Assembly (NCBI GenBank): GCA_036565325.1
Contig: DATCNF010000133.1
Span: 1 to 44,244 of the forward strand
Source of the DNA: Candidatus Dormiibacterota bacterium
GTDB lineage: Bacteria; Chloroflexota; Dormibacteria; Dormibacterales; Dormibacteraceae
Length of the DNA: 44,244 nucleotides
Direction of reading: 5' to 3'
Below, in pieces: positions 9,897-17,641 of this stretch (position 1 is the stretch's first letter; every line of letters starts with the position of its first letter). Both the position numbers and the translations under genes were made by a program. The notes below the pieces were generated by a model that saw only the letters and a program-made list of their open reading frames with translations, was not told the DNA's origin and did no database searches.

Positions 9897-10681
9897 GCGT
9901 ATGAGGAGGTCGTCGGCTTGGCCTGCGGCTCGCCGGTCAGCCGCTTCACGACCTCGGTCGCGTTGGAGCGCAGGAAGACGGCGTCCGACGCCACGTTCAG
10001 CATCCGGAAGCCCTCGTCGCGCCAGGCGGCGGCGGTCTCCACGGTGCCGCAGTGGATGCCGGCCACGATGCCGCGGCGGTCACAGGCCTCGCGCACCGAG
10101 CTGATCAGGCGCCGGTGCTCGGGGTCGGTGGGATTGGCGCTGGGTGGCAGCCCGTGCGTGACGGCCATGTCGTTGGGCCCGACGTACACCGCGTCGATCC
10201 CAGGCACGGCCAGGATGGAGTCGAGGTCGGCGAGGGCCGCCGCCGTCTCGACCATCACGGCGCAGACCACGTCGCGGTTGGCCGACTGCGGGCTGAAACC
10301 GTCGACCTCGAGGGCGGCGCGGATGGGGCCCCAGGACCGGTAGCCCTGCGGCGGGTAGCGGCAGGCGCCGGTCGCGGCCCGGGCGTCCGCGACCGAGTTG
10401 ACCATGGGCACGACCACGCCCTGGGCCCCGGCGTCGAGCGCCTTCATGATGTGGTCGGGCTGGTTCCAGGGCACCCGCACGAACGCCGGCGTGCCGGTCC
10501 GCGACAGGGCCTGGAGCATGGGGACCATGGCGTCGTAGCCGATCAGGCCGTGCTGCATGTCGAGGCAGACCCAGTCGAAGCCGGCCATCCCCATCAGCTC
10601 CGCGCTGAAGGGCGAGGGGATCACGCACCAGCCGCCGACCGAGGCGCCGCCGCGGTCCCAGACCTCGCGCAGGCGGGCCAT
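9893..10681 (-). CDS. HpcH/HpaI-family 2-keto-3-deoxy-acid aldolase
   Basis: 262 aa. GGWCVIPSPFSAELMGMAGFDWVCLDMQHG, VRVPWNQPDHIMKALDAGAQGVVVPMV and VMVETAAAL are typical of the family. TGATG overlap with the upstream gene. Confidence 0.85.
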   Translation of the reverse strand: MARLREVWDRGGASVGGWCVIPSPFSAELMGMAGFDWVCLDMQHGLIGYDAMVPMLQALSRTGTPAFVRVPWNQPDHIMKALDAGAQGVVVPMVNSVADARAATGACRYPPQGYRSWGPIRAALEVDGFSPQSANRDVVCAVMVETAAALADLDSILAVPGIDAVYVGPNDMAVTHGLPPSANPTDPEHRRLISSVREACDRRGIVAGIHCGTVETAAAWRDEGFRMLNVASDAVFLRSNATEVVKRLTGEPQAKPTTSSYA

Positions 10682-11637
10682 CAGACCGGCACCTGGCGGC
10701 GGCCCACGCCGTTGACGACGTTGAAGGGCTCCTCCCCGTCGAGGACGCGCAGGAGGTTGGCGCGCACCATCTCCAGCGCGCGGGCCCGCGCCTGCTCGGT
10801 GGCGCCGCCGGCGTGCGGTGACAGGAAGACGTTCTCCATCGCCCGCAGCGGGGAGTCGGCCGGCAGCGGCTCGACCTCATAGACGTCGAGCGCGGCACCC
10901 GCCAGGTGGCCCTCGCGGAGCGCCGCGACCAGCGCGGCCTCGTCCACGATCGGGCCCCGAGCCGCGCTGACCAGGAACGCGCCCGGCTTCATGGCCGCCA
11001 GGGCGCGGGCGCCGATCAGGGCTCTGGTGTCATGGTCCAGCGGCGTGTGGACGGTCACGATGTCCGCCTCCGCCAGCAACTGGTCGAGCGGGACCTGGCG
11101 CGCGCCCAGGAAGCCGCGGGGGATGACATCCGTGAACAGAACCCGGCAGCCGAAACCGCTGAGCCGGGCGGCCACCGCCGCGCCCACGTTGCCGAGGCCG
11201 ATGATCCCGACCGTCTGGTAGCCCAGCTCCCGGCCGGTCAGCTCGGAGAAGGGCCAGCCGCCATCGTGCATCTTGCGGTCGCCATAGGCGCCGCGGCGCA
11301 GGAGGTTGAGCATGGCCATGACCACCCAGTCGGCGACCGCGTCCCGGTTGTAGGCGGCGCAGTTGGCGACCGGGATCCCGAGGTCGGCCGCCGCCCGATG
11401 GTCGATGGCGTCGAAGCCGACGGCGGGCACCTGGATCAGCCGGCAGCGGACCAGGCGCTCGAGGATCGGGCGATCGAGGCGGTGCTGATGGCGGTTGTCG
11501 CTGATCACCACCTCGGCGTCCGGCGCCAGCGCCAGCAAGGCGTCGGGGGCGGGCGGATCCGGCGCCGTCACGACGTCGATGGAACGACCCTCGAGCCAAC
11601 CCCTGACGACGGCCGGGTCCCACGGGCTCAGCAGCAT
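10681..11637 (-). CDS. D-isomer-specific 2-hydroxyacid dehydrogenase, NAD(P)-binding
   Basis: Rossmann motif GIIGLGNVGAAVAARL, then SAARGPIVDEAAL and the catalytic-His region FLSPHAGG. ATG 11637 (MLLSPWD) is preferred over the ORF-track start at 11769, which overlaps the upstream gene end. Confidence 0.85.
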   Translation of the reverse strand: MLLSPWDPAVVRGWLEGRSIDVVTAPDPPAPDALLALAPDAEVVISDNRHQHRLDRPILERLVRCRLIQVPAVGFDAIDHRAAADLGIPVANCAAYNRDAVADWVVMAMLNLLRRGAYGDRKMHDGGWPFSELTGRELGYQTVGIIGLGNVGAAVAARLSGFGCRVLFTDVIPRGFLGARQVPLDQLLAEADIVTVHTPLDHDTRALIGARALAAMKPGAFLVSAARGPIVDEAALVAALREGHLAGAALDVYEVEPLPADSPLRAMENVFLSPHAGGATEQARARALEMVRANLLRVLDGEEPFNVVNGVGRRQVPV

Positions 11638-11716
11638 CACGCGGGCGGCCAACGCTGGTGAGGCTACCAGCTTCGCCGAGCCCGGGTCGGCGGCTTGCGC
11701 CTGCCGGGGAGGAGGT

Positions 11717-12463
11717 CTAGCCGCCGGCGGTGTTGCGCCCGCCGGTGGCCACGAAACTGACGCAGTCACCCTCGTTCTTGAAGGGGGTGCCCTGGTCGTC
11801 GGTGACTTGTTGCCAGCCGCCGTCCCTGCAGTCCGCCTTGGAGGCCGGGGTCGGCGGCGGCGGGGGCGCCGCGGCGGTCAGCGTCGCCGCCACGTTGAGC
11901 TCGAAACCGCGGATGGTGAACGGGAAGGCGGTGGTCGAGCCGGCGGTAGGGGTCGGTGTGCCGCCCGCCATCTGGTAAAAGTCGCCCGTGAAGTTCAGGG
12001 TGAACGTCGCGCAGCCCGCGATCCCCGTGACGCGGAGCCCGAGCAGGTCTCCGGGCTGCACCGCGATCGGCTGGGCCAGCGTGAACGTGTTCACGCCGGA
12101 GCCCGCCGGGACGGTCTGAGCCGGGCTGATGCCGACCAGGTCGTAGCTGCCGGCAGTGGTGGTTGGGCGCCACACCTCCAGCGCCAGGTTGCCATCGAAA
12201 GAGGCGGACGCCTGGGTGCTCCAGTCGGTGATCACCCAACTGCCGGCGGGCACCACGTAGCTCGGCCCGGCCGAGGCCACCTGGACCGTGTCCATGCCAG
12301 TGCCGCCCGCGCACCCGCTGCCGTCCTTTGCCTGTCCGATGACCGTGGCCGCCGCCGCGCTGGAGGGCGCCCCCAGCAGCCCGAGTGCCGCCATCGCAGC
12401 GGCCGCCGCCAGCCGACCAAAGATGCGATTCCGTCTCCCACTAGCCATAGTGGCCATGGACAA
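11717..12463 (-). CDS. Hypothetical secreted protein (Tat-like signal, Pro-rich linker, C-terminal two-Cys module)
   Basis: N-terminus GRRNRIFGRLAAAAAMAALGLLGAPSSAAAA, a beta-rich body, a PPPPPTP linker, then CRDGGWQQVTDDQGTPFKNEGDCVSFV. High GC3 in this frame. Confidence 0.6.
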   Translation of the reverse strand: MSMATMASGRRNRIFGRLAAAAAMAALGLLGAPSSAAAATVIGQAKDGSGCAGGTGMDTVQVASAGPSYVVPAGSWVITDWSTQASASFDGNLALEVWRPTTTAGSYDLVGISPAQTVPAGSGVNTFTLAQPIAVQPGDLLGLRVTGIAGCATFTLNFTGDFYQMAGGTPTPTAGSTTAFPFTIRGFELNVAATLTAAAPPPPPTPASKADCRDGGWQQVTDDQGTPFKNEGDCVSFVATGGRNTAGG

Positions 12464-12511
12464 CGCCGCGTTGCGTCAAGTCTTGCGCCAGGCTGACAGA
12501 ATCGTGGGTGT

Positions 12512-13120
12512 ATGGCCGCACCTGTCGAGCTGGTCGTCTTCTCCGACTACGTCTGACCCTTCTGCTACATCGACTCGGTCCGGGTCGAGCAGTTGGAGCG
12601 CGAGGGACTGGTCGAGGTGACCTGGCTGCCGTTCGAGCTGCACCCGCAGGTGCCGGCCGCGGGCATCTCGCGCGAGCGCTACTTCGGCCCCGGCCGAAGC
12701 GAGCAGATGCGGGCTCACCTGCAGGCGGCAGCCGCCGAGGTCGGCCTCACCATGGAGGCTCGCGAGGTGCTCATCAACTCACGCCTGGCGCTGGCCACGG
12801 CGGAGTTCGCCCGCGAGCGGGGCGCCTACCAGGTGGCGCACCGCGCGCTCTTCGAGGCCCACTGGCACCTGACCGGAAAGCTCGAGAACGTGGAGGACCT
12901 GAAGCGGATCGCGGCTGGCTGCGGGCTCGATCCCGAGGAGCTGGGCGTGGCGCTGGCCGAGGGCCGTTACGAGCCGGTGCTCGACGAGAACAGGCGGGAG
13001 GCGGAGTCGATCGGCGTCAACGCGATCCCCGCCCACATCTTCGGCGGCCGCTACCTGGTCGTCGGCGCCCACCCCTATGAGCTGTTCCTGCAGGTGGTGG
13101 ACCGGCTCAGGACAGCTTGA
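12512..13120 (+). CDS. DsbA/FrnE-family thiol-disulfide oxidoreductase with in-frame TGA (12554-12556) at the first CxxC position; candidate selenoprotein (alternatively a nonsense pseudogene)
   Basis: From ATG 12512 the frame reads MAAPVELVVFSDYV-TGA-PFCYIDSVRVEQLEREGL and joins ORF 12593..13120 in the same frame. FSDYVCPFCY is the expected DsbA/FrnE N-terminal active-site context. The rest (WLPFELHP..., IPAHIFGGRYLVVGAHPYELF) is DsbA_FrnE-like. Confidence 0.6.
12570..12588 (+). promoter_or_regulatory. SECIS-like stem-loop 13 nt 3' of the in-frame UGA
   Basis: UCGACUC-GGUCC-GGGUCGA: 7 bp (one G.U) with a 5-nt loop starting GGU. The loop starts 20 nt after the UGA. Confidence 0.4.
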
Positions 13121-14180
13121 TCAGCGCGTCGACAAGGACGTTGGGTGCAGGCGGCGGGCCTTTTTGCAGAGGCGGGATGTTCTGGACGAGGTCGGTCAGC
13201 ACCACGTGCAGAGAGAACGGGCCCTTGGCCTCGTTGGGGACGCTGAAGAAGGCGAGCTGGTCGCCGCCGCCGCCGCCCTTGCCGTAGAAGGTCCCCCCGG
13301 CCCCGACCGCCGTCCGATATGCGCTGCCGTCGGCGCCGATCAGCTCCCACCGGGACAAATCCGCAACCAGCGGCGGGTTGGGGGCCGCGTCCACGTAGCT
13401 CTCGGCGCCGACCTGGTGGCTGCCTTCGACCGCGCTCACCAGCGGGCCCTTGTACGCGTAGTCGACGGCGAGCACCCGGATCGAGCCGCCTGAGAACGTG
13501 TAGCGGCCGGCGTCGGCCAGCGTGGCCGGCGGCGGGATCATGTCCGCGGCCGCCGGAGCCTTGACCCGAGCGCCGCTGTTCACGTGGTCGAAAACGATCC
13601 GGGTCGAGCCTTTCATGAAATCCATTCGGTACTGCAGCGGGTAGCCGTCGCGCTGGCCGATCCAGAGCCGGACGGTCGCCTGCGACCCCATCGTGCCCGG
13701 GTGCGCCACCAGCCGCCAGGCCCGGTCCACCGCCGATCCCTCCTGGCCCTCGACCTGGAACGGCCCCGACGCCGGCCAGCTGTCGAAGTAGACAGGGTTG
13801 CCGGGTGTGAAGCCGTAGCTCATGGCGGCGGCGCCCATCGACCAGCGGGGATGGCTCCAGCCGGCCAGCAGCTGGTTGTAAGCGGTGCCGTTGATCTCCC
13901 GGTATTCGCCGGGCAGGAACCCGCCCTTGGGGCCGGGGGGAATCGCCGTGACCTGGCTGAGTGCCCGCGCCGGCTTCAGCTCCACCGTGCCGCTGTTGCT
14001 GCTGTAGAGGGTCCCGTCGGGTCCCGTGAACTGGGTCACGTAATGCGCGTCGTTGATGCTCGCCTGGCCAGGCAGGGCGGCGATCTGGGCAGCGGAGAGG
14101 TCCGGGTGCAGCACCGGCACGTCCGCCGCGCAGCCGGCGACCAGGAACAGCAGGCCGACTGCCGCCAACGTGTGCCTCAC
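13107..14180 (-). CDS. Hypothetical lipoprotein
   Basis: Signal peptide with lipobox LLFLVAGC. 357 aa with no family I recognise. Lies 5 nt downstream of the aminotransferase gene. Its 3' end overlaps the convergent DsbA-like gene by 14 bp. Confidence 0.7.
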   Translation of the reverse strand: MRHTLAAVGLLFLVAGCAADVPVLHPDLSAAQIAALPGQASINDAHYVTQFTGPDGTLYSSNSGTVELKPARALSQVTAIPPGPKGGFLPGEYREINGTAYNQLLAGWSHPRWSMGAAAMSYGFTPGNPVYFDSWPASGPFQVEGQEGSAVDRAWRLVAHPGTMGSQATVRLWIGQRDGYPLQYRMDFMKGSTRIVFDHVNSGARVKAPAAADMIPPPATLADAGRYTFSGGSIRVLAVDYAYKGPLVSAVEGSHQVGAESYVDAAPNPPLVADLSRWELIGADGSAYRTAVGAGGTFYGKGGGGGDQLAFFSVPNEAKGPFSLHVVLTDLVQNIPPLQKGPPPAPNVLVDALIKLS

Positions 14181-14185
14181 GCCTT

Positions 14186-15505
14186 CTACAACGCGGCGGC
14201 GGTCACCTGGGTATCGGCCGTCGCGAGGGCCGCCTCGACCGCCTCCAATCCCGCGTCCAGCTCCTCTTCGGCGATCGTAAGCGGGGGCGCCAGGACGATC
14301 AAATTCCAGCGCGTCAGGGTGGAGACGTGGCGCTCGTTCAGCGTATGCCGGACGGCGGCCATGGCCGGCGTCACCGGGTCCTCCGTCCGCTGCGGCGAGA
14401 GCGGCTCACGAGTGGTCCGGTCGCGGACCAGCTCGATGCCGGCCAGCATCCCCAGCCCGCGCACCTCGCCCACCGAAGGGTGCCTCTCGGCCATCTCGCG
14501 CAGCCGCGCCAGCATTCGCTCGCCGAGTCGCGCCGCGCGCTCCGCGAGACCCTCCTCGATGTAGACCTCCATCACCGCGCAGCCGGCGGCGCAGGCCAGC
14601 GGGTGGGCGGCATAGGTCAGGCCGGCGCCCAGGTAGTGGTCGTCGAAATGACGCGCCACGCGGCTGCTGGTGATAGCGGCGCCCAGGGGCACGTAGCCGC
14701 TGGTGAGGCCCTTGGCCACGGTCATGATGTCGGGCACCACGCCCCAGTGCTCTGACGCGAACCAGCGGCCGGTGCGGCAGAAGCCGGTGATGACCTCGTC
14801 GAAGATCAGCAGCACCCCGTGGCGATCGCAGGTCTCGCGCAGCCGCCGCAGGTACTTGTCGGGCGGCACCACCAGCCCGGAGAGGCCGGTGATCGGCTCG
14901 ACCAGCACCGCGGCCACGGTCTGCGGGCCCTCGCCCACGATCGTGGCCTCGACCGCATCGGCGCAGGCCAGCGTGCAGGCATCTCGGTCGCGGCACAGCG
15001 GGCACCGATACCGGTAGGGGTCCAGCGTCTTGACGAAGCCCGCCGCGCCCGGCTCCGAGAAGACGCGCCGGTTCTCGCCGGTGGCCGTGATCGCGCCCAG
15101 CGTGGAGCCGTGGTAGCTCTGGTAGCGGGTCACGATCTTGAGCCGGCCGGTGGCCAGCCGCGCCATCCGGATCGCGTACTCGTTGGCCTCGGAGCCACCG
15201 TTCGTGAAGAAGACATGGTCGAGGTCGGCCGGGGTGACCTCGGCCAGCAACTCGGCCAGGCGGGTGGCGGGCGGGTTGGCGAAGCTGGGGCCGATCACCG
15301 GCAGGCGCGCCGCCTGGCGCTGGATCGCCTCCACCACCCGGGGATGGGCGTGCCCGACGTTCATGTAGGCCAGCTGCCCGGCGAGGTCGAGCCAGCGCGC
15401 ACCGCTGTCGTCGGTGAAGTAGCTGCCCGACGCCTCGGTCACCGTGAGCGGTTGGATGGCCCCCTGCACCGCCCAGGGATAGAGGCGGCGGTCGCGGGGT
15501 GCCAC
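14186..15505 (-). CDS. Class-III (omega) PLP-dependent aminotransferase
   Basis: 439 aa. FFTNGGSEANEYAIRMAR, LIFDEVITGF, and the PLP-lysine context DIMTVAKGLTSGY. GTG start. Confidence 0.9.
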   Translation of the reverse strand: MAPRDRRLYPWAVQGAIQPLTVTEASGSYFTDDSGARWLDLAGQLAYMNVGHAHPRVVEAIQRQAARLPVIGPSFANPPATRLAELLAEVTPADLDHVFFTNGGSEANEYAIRMARLATGRLKIVTRYQSYHGSTLGAITATGENRRVFSEPGAAGFVKTLDPYRYRCPLCRDRDACTLACADAVEATIVGEGPQTVAAVLVEPITGLSGLVVPPDKYLRRLRETCDRHGVLLIFDEVITGFCRTGRWFASEHWGVVPDIMTVAKGLTSGYVPLGAAITSSRVARHFDDHYLGAGLTYAAHPLACAAGCAVMEVYIEEGLAERAARLGERMLARLREMAERHPSVGEVRGLGMLAGIELVRDRTTREPLSPQRTEDPVTPAMAAVRHTLNERHVSTLTRWNLIVLAPPLTIAEEELDAGLEAVEAALATADTQVTAAAL

Positions 15506-15524
15506 GGCACGGATAATAGGCCGC
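15506..15524. promoter_or_regulatory. 19-bp divergent spacer with a shared TA-rich hexamer (GATAAT / TATTAT), each reading 7 nt from a GTG start; candidate bidirectional leaderless promoter
   Basis: Plus strand: GATAAT (15512-15517), 7 nt, GTG 15525. Minus strand: TATTAT (15518-15513), 7 nt, GTG 15505. No SD on either side. Confidence 0.4.
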
Positions 15525-16757
15525 GTGGCGGTCGCGGAAGCCCAGACGCTCGAGCGCCTGAACCGGCTGATCGGCCGCCTGCGGGCGCGCGTCCCCTTCT
15601 ACCGGGAGCGCCTCCCGGAGGCACCACTTGAGTCCCTCGAGCAGTTCGGCGAGCTGCCCTTCACCACCAAGGACGACTTCCGCCAGAACTATCCGTACGG
15701 CCTGCTCGCGGTGCCGCTGGAGGATGTGGTGCGGGTGCATGCTTCCAGCGGCACCACCGGCCGGCCCGTGCTCACGGCGTACACGCGCGGCGACCTCGAC
15801 CTGTGGGGCGAGTGCATGGAACGTGTGTACCGGGCCGGGGGCGTGGGTCCTGGCGACGTCGTGCAGAACGCTTACGGGTACGGGCTCTTCACCGGCGGCC
15901 TCGGCTTCCACCTCGGTGCCGAGCGCCTCGGCTGCACGGTGATCCCGACCAGTTCCGGGGTCACCCAGCGCCAGGTCATGCTGATCGCCGACCTCGGCAC
16001 CACCGTCCTCACCTGCACGCCCTCCTACGCGCTGGTGCTGGCGGAAGCCATCGCCGAGGAGTCCTCGCGCCCGCTCCTCAAGCTGCGGGTCGGCTTCTTC
16101 GGCGCCGAGCCCTGGACCGACGGCATGCGCCGCCAGATCCAGTACGGCCTCGGGCTGGAGGCCTTCGACATCTATGGCCTGACCGAGCTCGGGGGCCCGG
16201 GCGTGGCCGTGGAATGCCACCAGCACAACGGGCTGCACATCTCCGAGGACCACTTCTACGCAGAGACCGTCGACCCCGAAACCGGCCGGCCGCTGCCGCG
16301 CGGGGAGCCCGGCGAGCTGGTGCTCACCAGCCTCCGGCGGGAGGCCTCACCCGTGCTGCGCTATCGCACGCGGGACCGCACGATCCTGACCGAGGAGCCC
16401 TGTCCCTGCGGCAGCCCGTTCGTGCGTATGGTCAAGGTCCACGGCCGGACCGACGACATGATCGTGGTCCGGGGCGAGAACGTGTTCCCCAGCCAGATCG
16501 AGGGGATCCTGCTCTCCATCGAGGGCCTGACCGCGAACTACCAGATCGTGGTCGACCGCGAGGCCAAGCAGCTGGACAGCGTGGAGGTCGTGGTCGAGGC
16601 CGCCCCGCACACCGACCACGCCAGCCTCCAGCGCGAGGCCGAGGAGAAGATCCGGGAGACCATCGGCCTGCGGGCCGAGATCAGCATCCTGCCCCCGGGC
16701 GTGCTGCCCCGCAGCGAGGGCAAAGCAAAGCGCGTGATCGACCGACGTTCGCTATAA
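15525..16757 (+). CDS. Phenylacetate-CoA ligase family (PaaK-like) adenylating enzyme
   Basis: 410 aa. LPFTTKDDFRQNYPYGL, VHASSGTTGRPV, CTPSYALVLAE, YRTRDRT, RGENVFPSQIE, and a C-terminal KAKRVIDRR are typical PaaK/F390-synthetase motifs. Confidence 0.9.
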   Translation: MAVAEAQTLERLNRLIGRLRARVPFYRERLPEAPLESLEQFGELPFTTKDDFRQNYPYGLLAVPLEDVVRVHASSGTTGRPVLTAYTRGDLDLWGECMERVYRAGGVGPGDVVQNAYGYGLFTGGLGFHLGAERLGCTVIPTSSGVTQRQVMLIADLGTTVLTCTPSYALVLAEAIAEESSRPLLKLRVGFFGAEPWTDGMRRQIQYGLGLEAFDIYGLTELGGPGVAVECHQHNGLHISEDHFYAETVDPETGRPLPRGEPGELVLTSLRREASPVLRYRTRDRTILTEEPCPCGSPFVRMVKVHGRTDDMIVVRGENVFPSQIEGILLSIEGLTANYQIVVDREAKQLDSVEVVVEAAPHTDHASLQREAEEKIRETIGLRAEISILPPGVLPRSEGKAKRVIDRRSL

Positions 16758-16764
16758 GCGAGAC

Positions 16765-16837
16765 AACCTCCCCACTAGCTGGGGAGGTCCCTCGCAGCGA
16801 AGCTGCGAGGGGGTGGGGGCGATGTAAGCCCCCCACC
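16765..16837 (+). repeat. SD/anti-SD hairpin repeat, copy A (three consecutive hairpins) in a convergent intergenic spacer
   Basis: H1 CCTCCCCA-ctagc-TGGGGAGG (16767-16787). H2 CCCTCGCAGC-gaa-GCTGCGAGGG (16789-16811). H3 GGTGGGGGC-gatgtaa-GCCCCCCACC (16812-16837). Collinear with copy B at 21317-21375. Confidence 0.8.
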
Positions 16838-17562
16838 TAGCAGGCCCGGTCGGCGTCGCGGCCGGCCTTCAGGTACTGGACCAGCCACACCGGCGCGCCC
16901 GTGATCGAAGAGGCGCACATCAGCGCCGCCTCCGCCGGCGAGCCGGCGCCGGCCACCCAGTTGGCGTCGAGGCCCGGCGCCGACCAGCCGCCGGTGACCT
17001 CGGCCCACTGCCGCGCGGTGCTGTAGAGGCCGAGCATGGCACCGCGCGCCTTGAGGAAGTCGATCGCCCCGCGCAGCACCGATCGATTGAGGACCAGGTT
17101 GGCCGCCGACCAGCTGTTGGCGGTCTCCACGTCCAGCCACCAGGTGCGCACGCGCTGGCCGGTGGCGGTGTACAGCCAAGCCCTGGCCAGCTCCGCCTCG
17201 CTGCAGCCGATGGCGTAGGCCTGGCGCTCGAGGCTGGTGCCGCTGGCCGAGCCTGAGCGGACGCCGCAGCCGGCGGTGATGTGGGGGGCGTAGGTCGGCG
17301 AGTAGGCGGTGTTCATGTACACCGACGAGGTGCCCGGGGCGCCCGCCAGCTCGGCGGCCGCGCAGCCGTTGCGAGTGAAGGGCCGGCCGTTGGTCACCGC
17401 CACGATCGCGAACGCTCCGCGGGCCGGAGCGCCGCACTGGTAGACCGAGCTGTCATAGCCCACTGACCCGCGGGCGTACAGCGGGGAGGCGGCCAGCGCG
17501 GGGGCGGTCGTGACGGCGTAAGCCGCCAGCGCGAGGGTGACGGCGGCGACCAGGCGGGCCAT
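16837..17562 (-). CDS. Secreted glycoside-hydrolase-fold protein (GH25 / Rv2525c-DUF1906-like)
   Basis: ATG 17562 gives 241 aa with signal peptide MARLVAAVTLALAAYAVTTAPALA. GYDSSVYQCG, FAIVAVTNG, WWLDVE and VWLVQY follow the GH25-like pattern. The upstream part of ORF 16837..18015 is shadow. Confidence 0.55.
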   Translation of the reverse strand: MARLVAAVTLALAAYAVTTAPALAASPLYARGSVGYDSSVYQCGAPARGAFAIVAVTNGRPFTRNGCAAAELAGAPGTSSVYMNTAYSPTYAPHITAGCGVRSGSASGTSLERQAYAIGCSEAELARAWLYTATGQRVRTWWLDVETANSWSAANLVLNRSVLRGAIDFLKARGAMLGLYSTARQWAEVTGGWSAPGLDANWVAGAGSPAEAALMCASSITGAPVWLVQYLKAGRDADRAC

Positions 17563-17641
17563 GCCTCCACGAAACGGACCTGACCCGACAAGCTTGCGGC
17601 CCTTCGGTGAAGAGCTGTGAAGGCCGCGGTATCCTCGGCCG

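Noticed and set aside
12508-13080. 190-aa ORF in frame 1 overlapping the DsbA-like gene as the real coding frame.
   Set aside because: Its translation is Arg/Gly/Pro-rich with no motifs. Frame 2 carries the DsbA/FrnE motifs on both sides of the TGA.
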